A stretch of 35,302 nt of DNA, taken from the NCBI GenBank assembly GCA_950072105.1, contig CATMOE010000039.1:1-35302 (forward strand), given 5' to 3'. A model generated the notes under the pieces. It saw only the letters and a list, made by a program, of their open reading frames with translations, did not search any database and was not told the origin of the DNA. The DNA comes from an uncultured Dehalococcoidia bacterium. GTDB taxonomy: Bacteria; Chloroflexota; Dehalococcoidia; Lucifugimonadales; UBA3495. Below are positions 9,401 to 17,669 of the stretch, piece by piece. The position numbers and the translations under genes are program-made. How positions within the stretch are numbered: position 1 is the stretch's first letter; the number at the start of each line of letters is the position of its first letter.

Positions 9401-11008
9401 GCCGGAACCTGGGAGCCTATCCGGAGCGAACTGGTGGCCACGGCCCTTGTCAGTGTTGACGAGGATATCCAGATCTCAGACCCACCTTACCTCCGCTTTC
9501 ACCCGACGCTGCGCTATGCCGCTACAACCGAGCAGGTTCCCGACCGTGAAGCTGCAGAGCGGCGCTTCATAGGGGTTTACCGGAGTGTAGCAGGCGCTGC
9601 TAACCAGGCTCTGCGGGGCAACCAGCCGGCTAACGGGATGGCCCTGCTGGCCCGGGAGGAAGCCAACCTGCGGATCGCCATCGATAGAGCCTTCCGGCGC
9701 GGTGACCGTCAGGAAGGCGGAAACATGGCCGATACTCTGCGCATCTACCTGGAATCGGCGGGTAGGCTGCGAGAGCGGGATGCTCTAGTGGCCTGGGTAC
9801 GCGGCCAGTTGTCGGAGGGTGGTGAACTGGACGGGGTTACTTCCGGCTCCATCCGTCAACATGCCTGGAGCCTCCTCACCCAAGGCCACGCTGCCGAGGC
9901 AATCCAGATGGTGAAGACTTTGATCACCCGCCTGGAAACCGAAGACCTGGCCGGTGGAGCAGACCCGACCTTCCAACTTGCTGTGTCCCAAGCCTACCTG
10001 GGGCGAATCTACTACACCTCCGGTCACAATAACCTAGCCCTGGCGCCGCTGCAAATGGCGATCACCCGTTTCGAGCAATTAGGCCACGACGCCCGTGACA
10101 ACGTGTCCGCTACACTAGGTTCCCTAGCCAACGCCTACAGCAGTTTGGGCCAGCTTGATCGGGCTCTGGAGGTCGCCGAGCGAGGCCTGGCTATAAGGCA
10201 GGAACTGGGCAATCAGCGGGAAATTGCCACTGGCCTCGGGCGCACCGCCCAGATACTGATGGCGCAACAACGATACTCCGAAGCCGACGCCCGCTACACT
10301 GAAGCGTTTGAGGCCGCCGGTGACCTCGGTGTGCAAGGGAGCCTCCTACAACACCAGGGCAGTTTGCAAGACGAAATGGGTAATCTCGACCGGTCTATCG
10401 AGCTTTACAAGGAAGCCATCACCCTCTTTCAGCGGGCCACTAATCGAGGCGCTGAAATGCGTACTTGTAACCAACTCGCCACCGCCGAAAGGGCGCTTGG
10501 CCACCTGGATGCCGCCGAAGCCTGGTACGCCCGCAGCCGGGAACTGGCTAAGCAACTGAACGATAAACCTCAACTGGCAGTCGTGGCCCAAAACACCGGC
10601 ATTCTCTACCAAACCCAGGCCGAAAATGAAGGCGACCCTGTTAAGCAGGCCGTTCTTCTGTCTCGGGCGGTTGACTCTGTGGAAGAAAGTCTGGACATCA
10701 AGCTAGATATGGAGAATCAGCTCGCAGCCGCGGCGTCATACGGCCAATTGGGAATTTTGCAACGTATGCTGGGCAATCTTGGGCTGGCCGAAGAGAATGC
10801 TCGCATGTCCCTTGGGATCTATGAATCGCTCGACCTACCCAACGTATCTCTAAATTACCGTGATTTGGCTGAAATCGCGAGACAGCGAGGCGACCAAGAG
10901 GCAGCCGCTCAGTGGCAGGCCAAGTACGAGGCCAAGGAGGCGGAGTTGGAACGGCTGCGTCGGGGACAGGACCCGGACTCGGAGGCTGGTGAGGAGGCTG
11001 AACAGTAG
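6470..11008 (+). CDS. NLR-like multidomain protein: alpha/beta-hydrolase + CHAT protease + STAND NTPase + TPR repeats
   Basis: Hydrolase: FIHGYTG, AHSLGG, GVPHMG, HDW, GSHISIAKP. CHAT dyad: VHFDGHG and LEACRG. Walker A GMGGMGKT, Walker B LVWDNFE, HPLSIQL. TPR-like repeats such as LGSLANAYSSLGQLDRAL. Confidence 0.9.
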   Translation: MVKREIEVDEYGSWIWKDDNAREPNLVLFIHGYTGHPEATWAKFPSLIRQVDQGFDSGFDVASFGYESHMVRNSQGIADIAGRLLTFIDAHAHENKNVFIIAHSLGGLVTRRFLIETFNNLAQREFFKKIRDVHFIGVPHMGASRAPRALQGIRKINPLAAELRRNSPVLLDILRAWDTVVKSCSRGKIALPKIFNYVGNHDWLAPMKQVIGEFNAQESVRIVAGSHISIAKPHNSENDLYKLVTRNILSSAETLATTGDLPPAPYHARLVVKADDDGYNAQWVEPEETDSFSLILPLTAEDMAELRWYLETYLQFPGAGDYVRAHGIEAKFESWGQNLSEAIFVNRAGRKIRDGLMKAANAHSSSLLTIGASDPSVLGQPWEMMRDETAPLTFQGVTIRRQLETSSKVNKFDMKPPLRVLLIVSRPSDIGFIDPRNSIAPLLDALDALPPGQVSVDFCDPPTLAELEERISQARRDKLPYHIVHFDGHGTYVPQIGVGALAFEKDDATTELVTGAQLGEKLVRLEVPLVLLEACRGSDLSDKEIYGSVAPALIKSGVGSVIAFSHSVHVEAARLLVERFYQALVDGLTIGQSLEEARAKLNANRKRWLHQGPNPETIELQDWFIPQLYQVGDDLALFPGGHSAVSAATSPVEEPVSENGTLEGFPLQPMYRFHGRAMEMLQLERDFRNYPSVLLSGMGGMGKTALAREAAAWWLRKGRFDSAVFCSFEQKVEADRVVQLIGKALEGESFSSRLAEDQWATAVRLFHQRKVLLVWDNFESTLPIFQNGQPPSTDKETTDAVESPLEFGAEERGRLQRLYRELTDGSPEGRLLVTCRPANTNLPAIKELALEGLARPDSLHLLAAVTGLKNIATDRPGCDRTEIDALLDTLDDHPLSIQLVAPHLEKMTPARIRSEFGTLLSRFADENVDEPRNRSLLASMEFSKTRLSEAAQKVLPYLAWFEGGVFEQFLLDFAELEAGTWEPIRSELVATALVSVDEDIQISDPPYLRFHPTLRYAATTEQVPDREAAERRFIGVYRSVAGAANQALRGNQPANGMALLAREEANLRIAIDRAFRRGDRQEGGNMADTLRIYLESAGRLRERDALVAWVRGQLSEGGELDGVTSGSIRQHAWSLLTQGHAAEAIQMVKTLITRLETEDLAGGADPTFQLAVSQAYLGRIYYTSGHNNLALAPLQMAITRFEQLGHDARDNVSATLGSLANAYSSLGQLDRALEVAERGLAIRQELGNQREIATGLGRTAQILMAQQRYSEADARYTEAFEAAGDLGVQGSLLQHQGSLQDEMGNLDRSIELYKEAITLFQRATNRGAEMRTCNQLATAERALGHLDAAEAWYARSRELAKQLNDKPQLAVVAQNTGILYQTQAENEGDPVKQAVLLSRAVDSVEESLDIKLDMENQLAAAASYGQLGILQRMLGNLGLAEENARMSLGIYESLDLPNVSLNYRDLAEIARQRGDQEAAAQWQAKYEAKEAELERLRRGQDPDSEAGEEAEQ

Positions 11009-11031
11009 GTAGCAATCCGCTACCTACTGTT
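11001..11031. terminator. Perfect 13-bp hairpin, probable terminator between convergent genes
   Basis: AACAGTAGGTAGC-aatcc-GCTACCTACTGTT, overlapping the TAG at 11006-11008. Confidence 0.7.
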
Positions 11032-11071
11032 GTTGCTAGCCGCCCTCCCCGGTCGCCGTGCACGTTCCGGG

Positions 11072-12055
11072 TCAGCCCGGTATGGACAACACAGAAGATA
11101 TCTCGCTGAACTCCCGCCACTGTTTGTTCCAGGAGTTGCCGCCGTCGTTGCTGCGGTATAGGTGGCCGTAGCGGCTGCCGGCGAAGGCTATCTGGGGGTT
11201 GGCGGGCTGGACGTTTACTACCCACATGGCGCTGTTGGGCGGGTCGGAGAGGGAGAGATTCTCCCAGGTTTTGCCGGTGTCTTGGGAGCGCATCACCGTG
11301 CCGATTCTTCCGGGCGTGGTGTCGCCGATGGTTAGGAAGACGGTCTTGGGGTCGGCGGGGTGGATCGTGATTCCCCGGGGATAGGTGTAGGGAAAGACAT
11401 CTTTGATGGCAACGGCGGTCCAGGTGGCGCCGTCGTCGGTGCTAGTGAACACGTCGTTGTTGACGACGACCACCACGGTTTTGGGCGGCCCTGCCGTCAC
11501 TGCTATGTTGTGCACGTCTAGGTTAGGAATGTCCCGGCCGGCCTTTTCCCAAGTGTCTCCGCCGTCGGTGCTGTGGCGCAGGCCGTCAACCTCGACGCCC
11601 GCCCAAATGCTGCGGGGATCTGTAGGGTCGATGGCGATGGCGGTCATTTGGGGAAGGCCGATGGGGCATTCTTCGGCCACCTCCATGGGCCGCTTCTCCC
11701 AGCTATTGCCGCCATCGGTTGACCGGAACATGGCGACGGGGCTGGGCGCGCCGGTCCCGGCGAACATGATGTCAGGGTTCGTGGGGTCGATGGCCATCGC
11801 CCAAACAGAAGAGCCGCTCATCGGAGACTCTTTAGACTGCCAATTCTTACCGGCGTCGTCGCTTTGGTAGACACCCCGGTCGGTCCCGGCGTAGATGACG
11901 TTGGGCTTGGATGGGTGATTCACCAGGACCCGAATCACCGGGTTCTGGTACATCCCCTGGTTAATGGCTACCCGTTGCCATGACTCGCCATTGTCGCCGC
12001 TGCGCATGATTCCTTGGCCTGCGGTACCTACCAATATCGTCAATTCGTTCGCCAT
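11072..12055 (-). CDS. BNR/Asp-box repeat beta-propeller protein
   Basis: Multiple S-x-D-x-G-x-[ST]-W boxes (SGDNGESW, STDGGNSW, STDGGDTW, STDDGATW, SQDTGKTW, SNDGGNSW); no signal peptide evident. Confidence 0.88.
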   Translation of the reverse strand: MANELTILVGTAGQGIMRSGDNGESWQRVAINQGMYQNPVIRVLVNHPSKPNVIYAGTDRGVYQSDDAGKNWQSKESPMSGSSVWAMAIDPTNPDIMFAGTGAPSPVAMFRSTDGGNSWEKRPMEVAEECPIGLPQMTAIAIDPTDPRSIWAGVEVDGLRHSTDGGDTWEKAGRDIPNLDVHNIAVTAGPPKTVVVVVNNDVFTSTDDGATWTAVAIKDVFPYTYPRGITIHPADPKTVFLTIGDTTPGRIGTVMRSQDTGKTWENLSLSDPPNSAMWVVNVQPANPQIAFAGSRYGHLYRSNDGGNSWNKQWREFSEISSVLSIPG

Positions 12056-12121
12056 AACATCACCTTTCCAAATAGATTTGCCTATTGGATTTAACTTGTA
12101 GCCCGGCGGGTCTTGGGGGTG

Positions 12122-12886
12122 TCAGGCCAGTGCGTCAGGGTTGATCCTGGGCGTGAACTTGGGCGGTAGGCCCAGTTCCACCGATACCATGTCCCTGGTG
12201 GCGTCCAAGAACCCACTGATCTTGATGGTCGGCGCGTCCACCAGGTATTCGATCTCGTCCCCAGTCACTTTAAAGGGGCGGTCGTGACCTGGATAGATGA
12301 CCGATGCCGCGTCGAATATCTTCTTGAGGCTGGCCTGGGCTTCTTCAACGCTCCAGAAAACGAAAGCAGGCAGTCCCCGCCGCACCGCTCCGGCGTCGGA
12401 AACGGCGTCGCCGCCAAGGCATACAAGCCCTCCGGAGGTCTGGACCAGAACGCTGTGATGTCCGGCGGTGTGGCCCGGCGTGTCCATGGTGCCTATGCCT
12501 TCTTCTATCTGCGTTTCCCCGGCAACTTCCACTACGTCGTGCCCGGCCAGAGTGTCGGCGAAATACTTGGCCGTGGCGTAGTCGCCGGCCCTGGGGTTAC
12601 GGCTGTACTCCAACTCCCGCTTGGATATCACGATCTCCGCGTTGGGGAAGAGGTCGGTATTCTGGGAATGGTCCCAGTGGGCGTGGGTAAGAATGACCCG
12701 GCCGATGTCTTCAGGTTCCAAGCCATGGGCGCGAAGGGTATCCACAAGCATGGACCGGCGTCCGAAGTGGCCCACGTCGACCACCGTCAGCTTTTCTCCC
12801 CGGACCAGCGTTACCGTGCAAAGGCCCAGGGTTGCTTGGTCGGTGTTGATGCTGAATCCGGGTAACAGGATCTCTATCTCCGGCAT
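12122..12886 (-). CDS. Metallo-beta-lactamase fold hydrolase
   Basis: THAHWDH, TPGHTAGH, GGDA, YPGHD; ATG at 12886 follows SD AAGGAG. Confidence 0.88.
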   Translation of the reverse strand: MPEIEILLPGFSINTDQATLGLCTVTLVRGEKLTVVDVGHFGRRSMLVDTLRAHGLEPEDIGRVILTHAHWDHSQNTDLFPNAEIVISKRELEYSRNPRAGDYATAKYFADTLAGHDVVEVAGETQIEEGIGTMDTPGHTAGHHSVLVQTSGGLVCLGGDAVSDAGAVRRGLPAFVFWSVEEAQASLKKIFDAASVIYPGHDRPFKVTGDEIEYLVDAPTIKISGFLDATRDMVSVELGLPPKFTPRINPDALA

Positions 12887-12961
12887 GATTACTCCTTGAT
12901 TCTGTTGTTGCTGCCAGGGTCGTGACTGGCCGGCAAGCAATCGATATGCTTCACGAATGGC

Positions 12962-12989
12962 ATTATAACCGGGACAGGCAGGCTAGCAA
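12962..12989 (-). promoter_or_regulatory. Sigma70-type promoter for the MBL/BNR genes
   Basis: TTGCTA-16-TATAAT on the minus strand. Confidence 0.55.
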
Positions 12990-13167
12990 ACTTCACCATG
13001 CCCAGTAGGGGTTGTAGAGAATGCCAACGCCAGACTCAAGGTGTTTCGGAAGGCCCTGAGGGTGCTGGATAACAATCACTCATAAGGTCTTTGCGACGTT
13101 GTTCCGAGCTCCGCCCCAGTGGGGTTCTTCGTAGCTGAAAAAGCCGATTCCGAAGCTAATTTCTGCC

Positions 13168-13196
13168 TTGTCCAGGGTAGGCGACTCTGCTACAAT
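13168..13196 (+). promoter_or_regulatory. Sigma70-type promoter for the mshD-like gene
   Basis: TTGTCC-17-TACAAT with extended -10 TG. Confidence 0.55.
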
Positions 13197-13308
13197 CCGC
13201 CGAGAGCGCCGAAGGCCATTTCCATGCCTGCAACGCCAGATCGCCATTTTTGGTCCGGAACGGGCTCTATCTAACGATAGCGGTCGTACCCGGCGAGGAA
13301 ATTGATTC

Positions 13309-14208
13309 TTGCCAATCGTCAACTTCAACAACAGCCGGATGTCCGGCCTGCTGGAATTCATCGAGTCTCTCAATAGTTGGGGCCCGAAATCCAGGGAGTT
13401 GGGCCTTGGCACCTTTGAACAATCTCTGGGTGTGCCGGGCCTGGCCCCGGAGGACAACTGTTTCTTACTAGAGGAAGGCGGGCGGGTGCGGGGATTTTCT
13501 TTGATATTCCCGGAATTGCCCATCGGCCGTTCTGTATTGGAGATGGGTATAGCCCGTGATCTGGAGGGAACGCCCCAAGAGCTTGAGTTGGTCCGGCGTT
13601 CGGTGGACCGAGCCCGGCATATCGGGGCTAAGGTCGTCCATATCTGTGTATGCGGCAACCCTTCCAGGGCCAAGATGCTAGAGGCCGAAGGCTTCTCTCT
13701 AGTTCGTGTCTATTGGGACATGGTCTGGAGCCAAGATGAGCTGCCAGATCAGGAGAGACCTCCGGGCTTCAGCGTTCGTTCATACCAGCCGGGGGATGCT
13801 GCCGATCTGACCGAAGCCCAGAATTCGGCCTTTGAAGGCAGCTGGGGATTTTGTCCAAACACGGTGGACCAGATAGAATACCGCAGCCAGATGCCTAACA
13901 CGTCCAACCAAGGGATACTTATCCTGAATGACGGGGACAAGACCGCTGGGTATTGCTGGACTTGCCTAAGTCCCCTGAACGAAAACACCAGGGGTGTCAT
14001 AGGGATGATCGGAGTTGTTCCAGAGTACCGTGGCCGGGGAATCAGCCGTACGATACTGCTGGCGTCAATGGAATATCTTAGGTCCTTGGATGTGGCTGAT
14101 ATCGGCCTTCAGGTGGACGGCACCAACACCCCGGCGACTCGTTTATACACCTCGGTCGGGTTTGAGAAAGTGGGAGAGCTTCACTGGTTCGAGTTGCTCC
14201 TTTCCTGA
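13309..14208 (+). CDS. Tandem GNAT acetyltransferase, mycothiol synthase MshD-like
   Basis: Two GNAT domains. The C-terminal one reads SVRSYQPGD..QNSAF, GYCWT, IGVVPEYRGRGI, LQVDGTNTPATRLYTSVGF. TTG start after GAGG. Confidence 0.75.
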   Translation: MPIVNFNNSRMSGLLEFIESLNSWGPKSRELGLGTFEQSLGVPGLAPEDNCFLLEEGGRVRGFSLIFPELPIGRSVLEMGIARDLEGTPQELELVRRSVDRARHIGAKVVHICVCGNPSRAKMLEAEGFSLVRVYWDMVWSQDELPDQERPPGFSVRSYQPGDAADLTEAQNSAFEGSWGFCPNTVDQIEYRSQMPNTSNQGILILNDGDKTAGYCWTCLSPLNENTRGVIGMIGVVPEYRGRGISRTILLASMEYLRSLDVADIGLQVDGTNTPATRLYTSVGFEKVGELHWFELLLS

Positions 14209-14870
14209 GCCATCACCCCAAACTGCTTGAAGACACGTCCCGCCAGTATCCCCCCGGATATGATTACTTTCATGGCGTCGTCCACTGACATCTCGGTTTG
14301 AGTCACGTCCTTCGCCGCCACCATGACCAGAAACCCTGACGATGGGATCGGCGTAGTGGGTATGTAGACCGCCAGCACTTCCTTGCCGTCGGTGTCGACC
14401 ATCCTTGAAGTCACCAGACCGATGGACTGGATCCCTGGGCGGGGCCAATCGATGAGAACCACGCCGCTGTAGCGGGATTCGTTGTTGTTGGAAAGTAGTT
14501 CTACCGCAGACCGGGTGGTGCCGTAGATGTTCTTGACTAGGGGAATCACCTCCAGCACCCGGTGTCCAAATGCTATGAGGCGACGGCCCACCACTTGGGC
14601 CGCAATGATGCCCACTAAGTAGACAGATACAATCAAAACCGCCAGGCCAATGCCGGGTATTTCCGGGCCTGGAAGCAAGCCAAGGGGCTCTTTGAGAATA
14701 CCGTCCAGGAGATCGAACAGGAATTTGAGGATCAGAATGGTGACGCCGATGGGCAACATCACCAATATACCCGCACCCAAGGTTCGCTGGATGTGGATTA
14801 TAATCTTGCGAAATGGGTTAGAGCGGTCAGAACGTGGAGGGTTGTACGGCGGCAGGGGTGGCTCGGCCAA
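14181..14870 (-). CDS. DUF502 family membrane protein
   Basis: Two TM segments, IPLVKNIY, AVYIPTTPIPSSGFL, MSVDDAMKVIISGG. Confidence 0.85.
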   Translation of the reverse strand: MAEPPLPPYNPPRSDRSNPFRKIIIHIQRTLGAGILVMLPIGVTILILKFLFDLLDGILKEPLGLLPGPEIPGIGLAVLIVSVYLVGIIAAQVVGRRLIAFGHRVLEVIPLVKNIYGTTRSAVELLSNNNESRYSGVVLIDWPRPGIQSIGLVTSRMVDTDGKEVLAVYIPTTPIPSSGFLVMVAAKDVTQTEMSVDDAMKVIISGGILAGRVFKQFGVMAQERSNSNQ

Positions 14871-14888
14871 ATGTTCCTCCGGTTGGTT

Positions 14889-16100
14889 CTAGCGGCTCTC
14901 GGTGATCAGCGAGTCGTAGACACCGGCGATTTGCCCCGCAACGTTGTCCCAGCTCAATCCCTCGGCCCGGCGGCGGGCTGCTAGTCCCATGCTATGTTGC
15001 AGGTTCCTGCTCGATATTATCATCTCCACGGAACTGGCGAAAGCTTCCGGGCAGCGCCAGGCCTTTAGATAACCGGTTCGCCCGTGTTGAATGATCGTGG
15101 AGAGGCCTCCCGCACGGGTGGCGACAACCGGGGTACCGCATGCCATGGATTCCAGGGCGGCCAGTCCGAAACTTTCGTAGAAGGATGGCACCACGCAAAC
15201 GTCGGCGGCGTTGTAGTAGAGGGGCAGGTCCTGCTGATCTACTCTGCCTATAAAATCGAACACCTTGTCAACGTTTAGACTTTTGGCCAATTCGCGTAAC
15301 CGGTCTATCTCTTGGTCCCGCCCGGCGCCACCTCCCACTACCAACACCCTTATCTGCTCGAAGGTTTGCAGTTGGGCGGCAGTGTGCAGCAACAGTTCAA
15401 GTCCCTTCAAGGGCTCGATGCGGCCAACGTACAGAAGCACTTTCTCGCCGTTGAGCCCCAGCTTTTCCCTCACTTCTTGTTGATCCAAGGGGCGGAACAG
15501 GGACAGATCCACGCCGCACGGTATCAGCCCGATTCTGGTTGCGTCGGCTTGGTATAGCCGAACCATGGCGTCCCTTTCATGGGGGCTGAATGCGACGATG
15601 TGATCCGCCGACGCCATCAACTCCCGCTCCACTTGCTGCCGGGTCGCCGGCTCCGACTCTCCCGCCCGGGACTGCATCTTGATAAGAGATAGTGTGTGGA
15701 AAGTGAGGATGTGTGGGGCTCGCCATTCAGTGGCCATCTGTTGCCCTACCCAACCAGAAAGCCAGTAGTGCGAGTGGACTGCCTGATAAGTTAGCCCGGT
15801 CTCTATCTGGAATTCCAGTAGGGCTTGGCTGAATTCGGGCAGGTGGGGAAATAGCCCGTCCAACGCCGTTTCGGTGGGGCCTCCTGGCAGGTGGATCACT
15901 CGCACTCCCGGAGCGATCTCAGTGATCTTGGATTCGGTGTCTGTGTGGTCCCGGGTGAAAATGTCTACCTGCACACCGGCGTTCCCTAAAGCAAGAGCGA
16001 GCTGCCTGGCATACACGTTCATACCCCCCGATTTTCCCTCTCCCGGAGAAGCGAGAGGGCAGGCGTGGAAGGATATGAAAGCTACTCTATTTACGTTCAA
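14889..16100 (-). CDS. GT4 glycosyltransferase, MshA-like
   Basis: ISFHACPLASPGEGKSGGMNVY, HSHYWLSG, TFHTL, VGRIEPLKG, PSFYESFGLAALESMACGTPV. Confidence 0.85.
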   Translation of the reverse strand: MNVNRVAFISFHACPLASPGEGKSGGMNVYARQLALALGNAGVQVDIFTRDHTDTESKITEIAPGVRVIHLPGGPTETALDGLFPHLPEFSQALLEFQIETGLTYQAVHSHYWLSGWVGQQMATEWRAPHILTFHTLSLIKMQSRAGESEPATRQQVERELMASADHIVAFSPHERDAMVRLYQADATRIGLIPCGVDLSLFRPLDQQEVREKLGLNGEKVLLYVGRIEPLKGLELLLHTAAQLQTFEQIRVLVVGGGAGRDQEIDRLRELAKSLNVDKVFDFIGRVDQQDLPLYYNAADVCVVPSFYESFGLAALESMACGTPVVATRAGGLSTIIQHGRTGYLKAWRCPEAFASSVEMIISSRNLQHSMGLAARRRAEGLSWDNVAGQIAGVYDSLITESR

Positions 16101-17089
16101 TTTCGCCTTACCACCATCTGGTATAGGTCATGCTGCTTGCCGCCCAAGTGTTGCTTGTAGGTTTCAGAACCCCGTAGAAAATCAAAATAGCCGATTCCCT
16201 GCTCAATCGCTTCTCGGAGGCAGAGAGCGTTGAGCAATAGCCCAACGCTGTAGTAACCATAATCAAGGTCGTAGCCGCTATTGTACAGCAACCTGGAAGA
16301 GGCGTAGTCGAAACAGAGGCTTGTGGCTACCGGCTTACCCTCCAGTTCAAGGAAATACAACCGAAGCAGGCCCATTTGGGACATTCTCCGGGCCATATTA
16401 TTGAAAAACCGTTCGTGTTCCTCGGTCATGTACTCTTCTTTTGCTTCGCTGCTCTGCTTCATCAGCCTAAGGAAATCTTCTAAGCGTGACATCACCTGCT
16501 GTTCGCCGGTGACCGCATACCATTTCCAATTAGGAACAGTCTCCAATCGCCGGAATTTGCGGCGCAATTCGTGGCGGTCCTTTTTTGACAGTATAGCCAG
16601 GTATTCATCCCATGATGACGGTAACTCAATGCCCGATGCCGTGTCTTCTTTTTCTATCTCCACCGAATAGCCGTGCTGGCGCGCCAGATCCGGTAGGTGG
16701 GTCAAAGTGGGAGAATTCTCCACCAGGGAATCCAGCCGCATAACGTCCCATTGCCGGTCTTCCAAGCTGGTCAGCAACGCTTGGTAGAAATCCGTTTCGT
16801 GGCCCGGACGCACCATGAAATCGTTGTAATCGACCGTTTCTTGGTTTCCGACGAACGACAGGGTGTCGCCCGATATCGTGAGTGAGGCTATACCGTCGAC
16901 ACGGTTAGCATCTGGCCCGTCATTGGATGGAATGTAAAATCCGGCCATGTCCTTGCCGTCGCCGAAGGTGTCCCACCACACTTCCTGCCACTGGGGTGTG
17001 AGGAATACGGTGTTTACCGGGCTGGACGTCAGCACGCCTTCCCACTCAGCCTCTATCTCATGAAAGGATGTGAGGGGCTTGGGCGCCAT
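16097..17089 (-). CDS. GNAT superfamily protein (Acetyltransf_6/BcsL-like)
   Basis: FLTPQW, DYND, WDEYLAILSKKDRHELRRKFRRL, YNSGYD, FDFLRGSETYK; ATG overlaps the folE TGA (TGATG). Confidence 0.85.
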   Translation of the reverse strand: MAPKPLTSFHEIEAEWEGVLTSSPVNTVFLTPQWQEVWWDTFGDGKDMAGFYIPSNDGPDANRVDGIASLTISGDTLSFVGNQETVDYNDFMVRPGHETDFYQALLTSLEDRQWDVMRLDSLVENSPTLTHLPDLARQHGYSVEIEKEDTASGIELPSSWDEYLAILSKKDRHELRRKFRRLETVPNWKWYAVTGEQQVMSRLEDFLRLMKQSSEAKEEYMTEEHERFFNNMARRMSQMGLLRLYFLELEGKPVATSLCFDYASSRLLYNSGYDLDYGYYSVGLLLNALCLREAIEQGIGYFDFLRGSETYKQHLGGKQHDLYQMVVRRN

Positions 17090-17652
17090 CAATCTACCTC
17101 GCGATGTAATAGGGCCAATAGCCCCTTTTCGCCAAGGCCTTTGTTTTCGAACCGGCCCCTGATTGCGGTGGTAACGACCCGGTTACCCGGATTCTGAATT
17201 CCCCGCATGGACATGCACATGTGTTCCGCCTGCAACTCCACGACAACGCCGTGGGGGTCTAGGGCGGAAAATATGGCGTCGGCCACCTGGCCGGTGAGGC
17301 GTTCTTGTACTTGCAACCGGCGAGAGGCTACTTCTAACACGCGAGCCAGTTTGCTTATTCCGGAGATCTTGCCATTGGGGATGTACGCAACCCGAGCAGT
17401 GCCAAAGAACGGCAGAAGGTGATGCTCGCACAGGGAATAAAAGGTGATGTTGCTCAATACCACCGGGTCTTGATGGTCTGCTTCAAACACGGCATCGAGG
17501 GCTGATGCTGGGTCCAGTCCGGTGCCGGATAGGAGCCATTCATACATTTGGGCTACCCGGTGCGGTGTCTCCTGTAGCCCTTCGCGTTTGGTGTCCTCGC
17601 CAACTCCGTCTAGGAGGGTGGTTATTGCCTGCTGAATGAGTTGTGGCTGAAT
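17089..17652 (-). CDS. folE: GTP cyclohydrolase I, probable ATT start
   Basis: SLCEHHLLPF, SKLAR, RLQVQERLT, HMCMSMRG. The conserved N-terminal GEDTKREGLQETPHRVAQMY lies upstream of the ORF-track ATG. SD AAGGAG is 7 nt before ATT at 17652. Confidence 0.88.
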   Translation of the reverse strand: MQPQLIQQAITTLLDGVGEDTKREGLQETPHRVAQMYEWLLSGTGLDPASALDAVFEADHQDPVVLSNITFYSLCEHHLLPFFGTARVAYIPNGKISGISKLARVLEVASRRLQVQERLTGQVADAIFSALDPHGVVVELQAEHMCMSMRGIQNPGNRVVTTAIRGRFENKGLGEKGLLALLHREVD

Positions 17653-17669
17653 GTCCTGTCTCCTTGATG

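Noticed and set aside
11072..12886. BNR propeller and MBL hydrolase as partners of the NLR-like protein
   Set aside because: Opposite strand, own promoter, separated by a terminator-like hairpin; no evidence of linkage.
13000..13085. VENANARLKVFRK resembling a DDE transposase motif
   Set aside because: Too short, with no terminal repeats or other transposase motifs.
13080..13673. 197-aa minus-strand ORF
   Set aside because: Mostly antisense to the MshD-like gene and its promoter, with no motifs.
11072..17091. Other TGA stops (BNR, MBL, MshD-like, DUF502, GNAT, folE) as possible Sec or recoding
   Set aside because: They fall at the expected ends of their families or overlap the next start codon, so UGA is an ordinary stop here.
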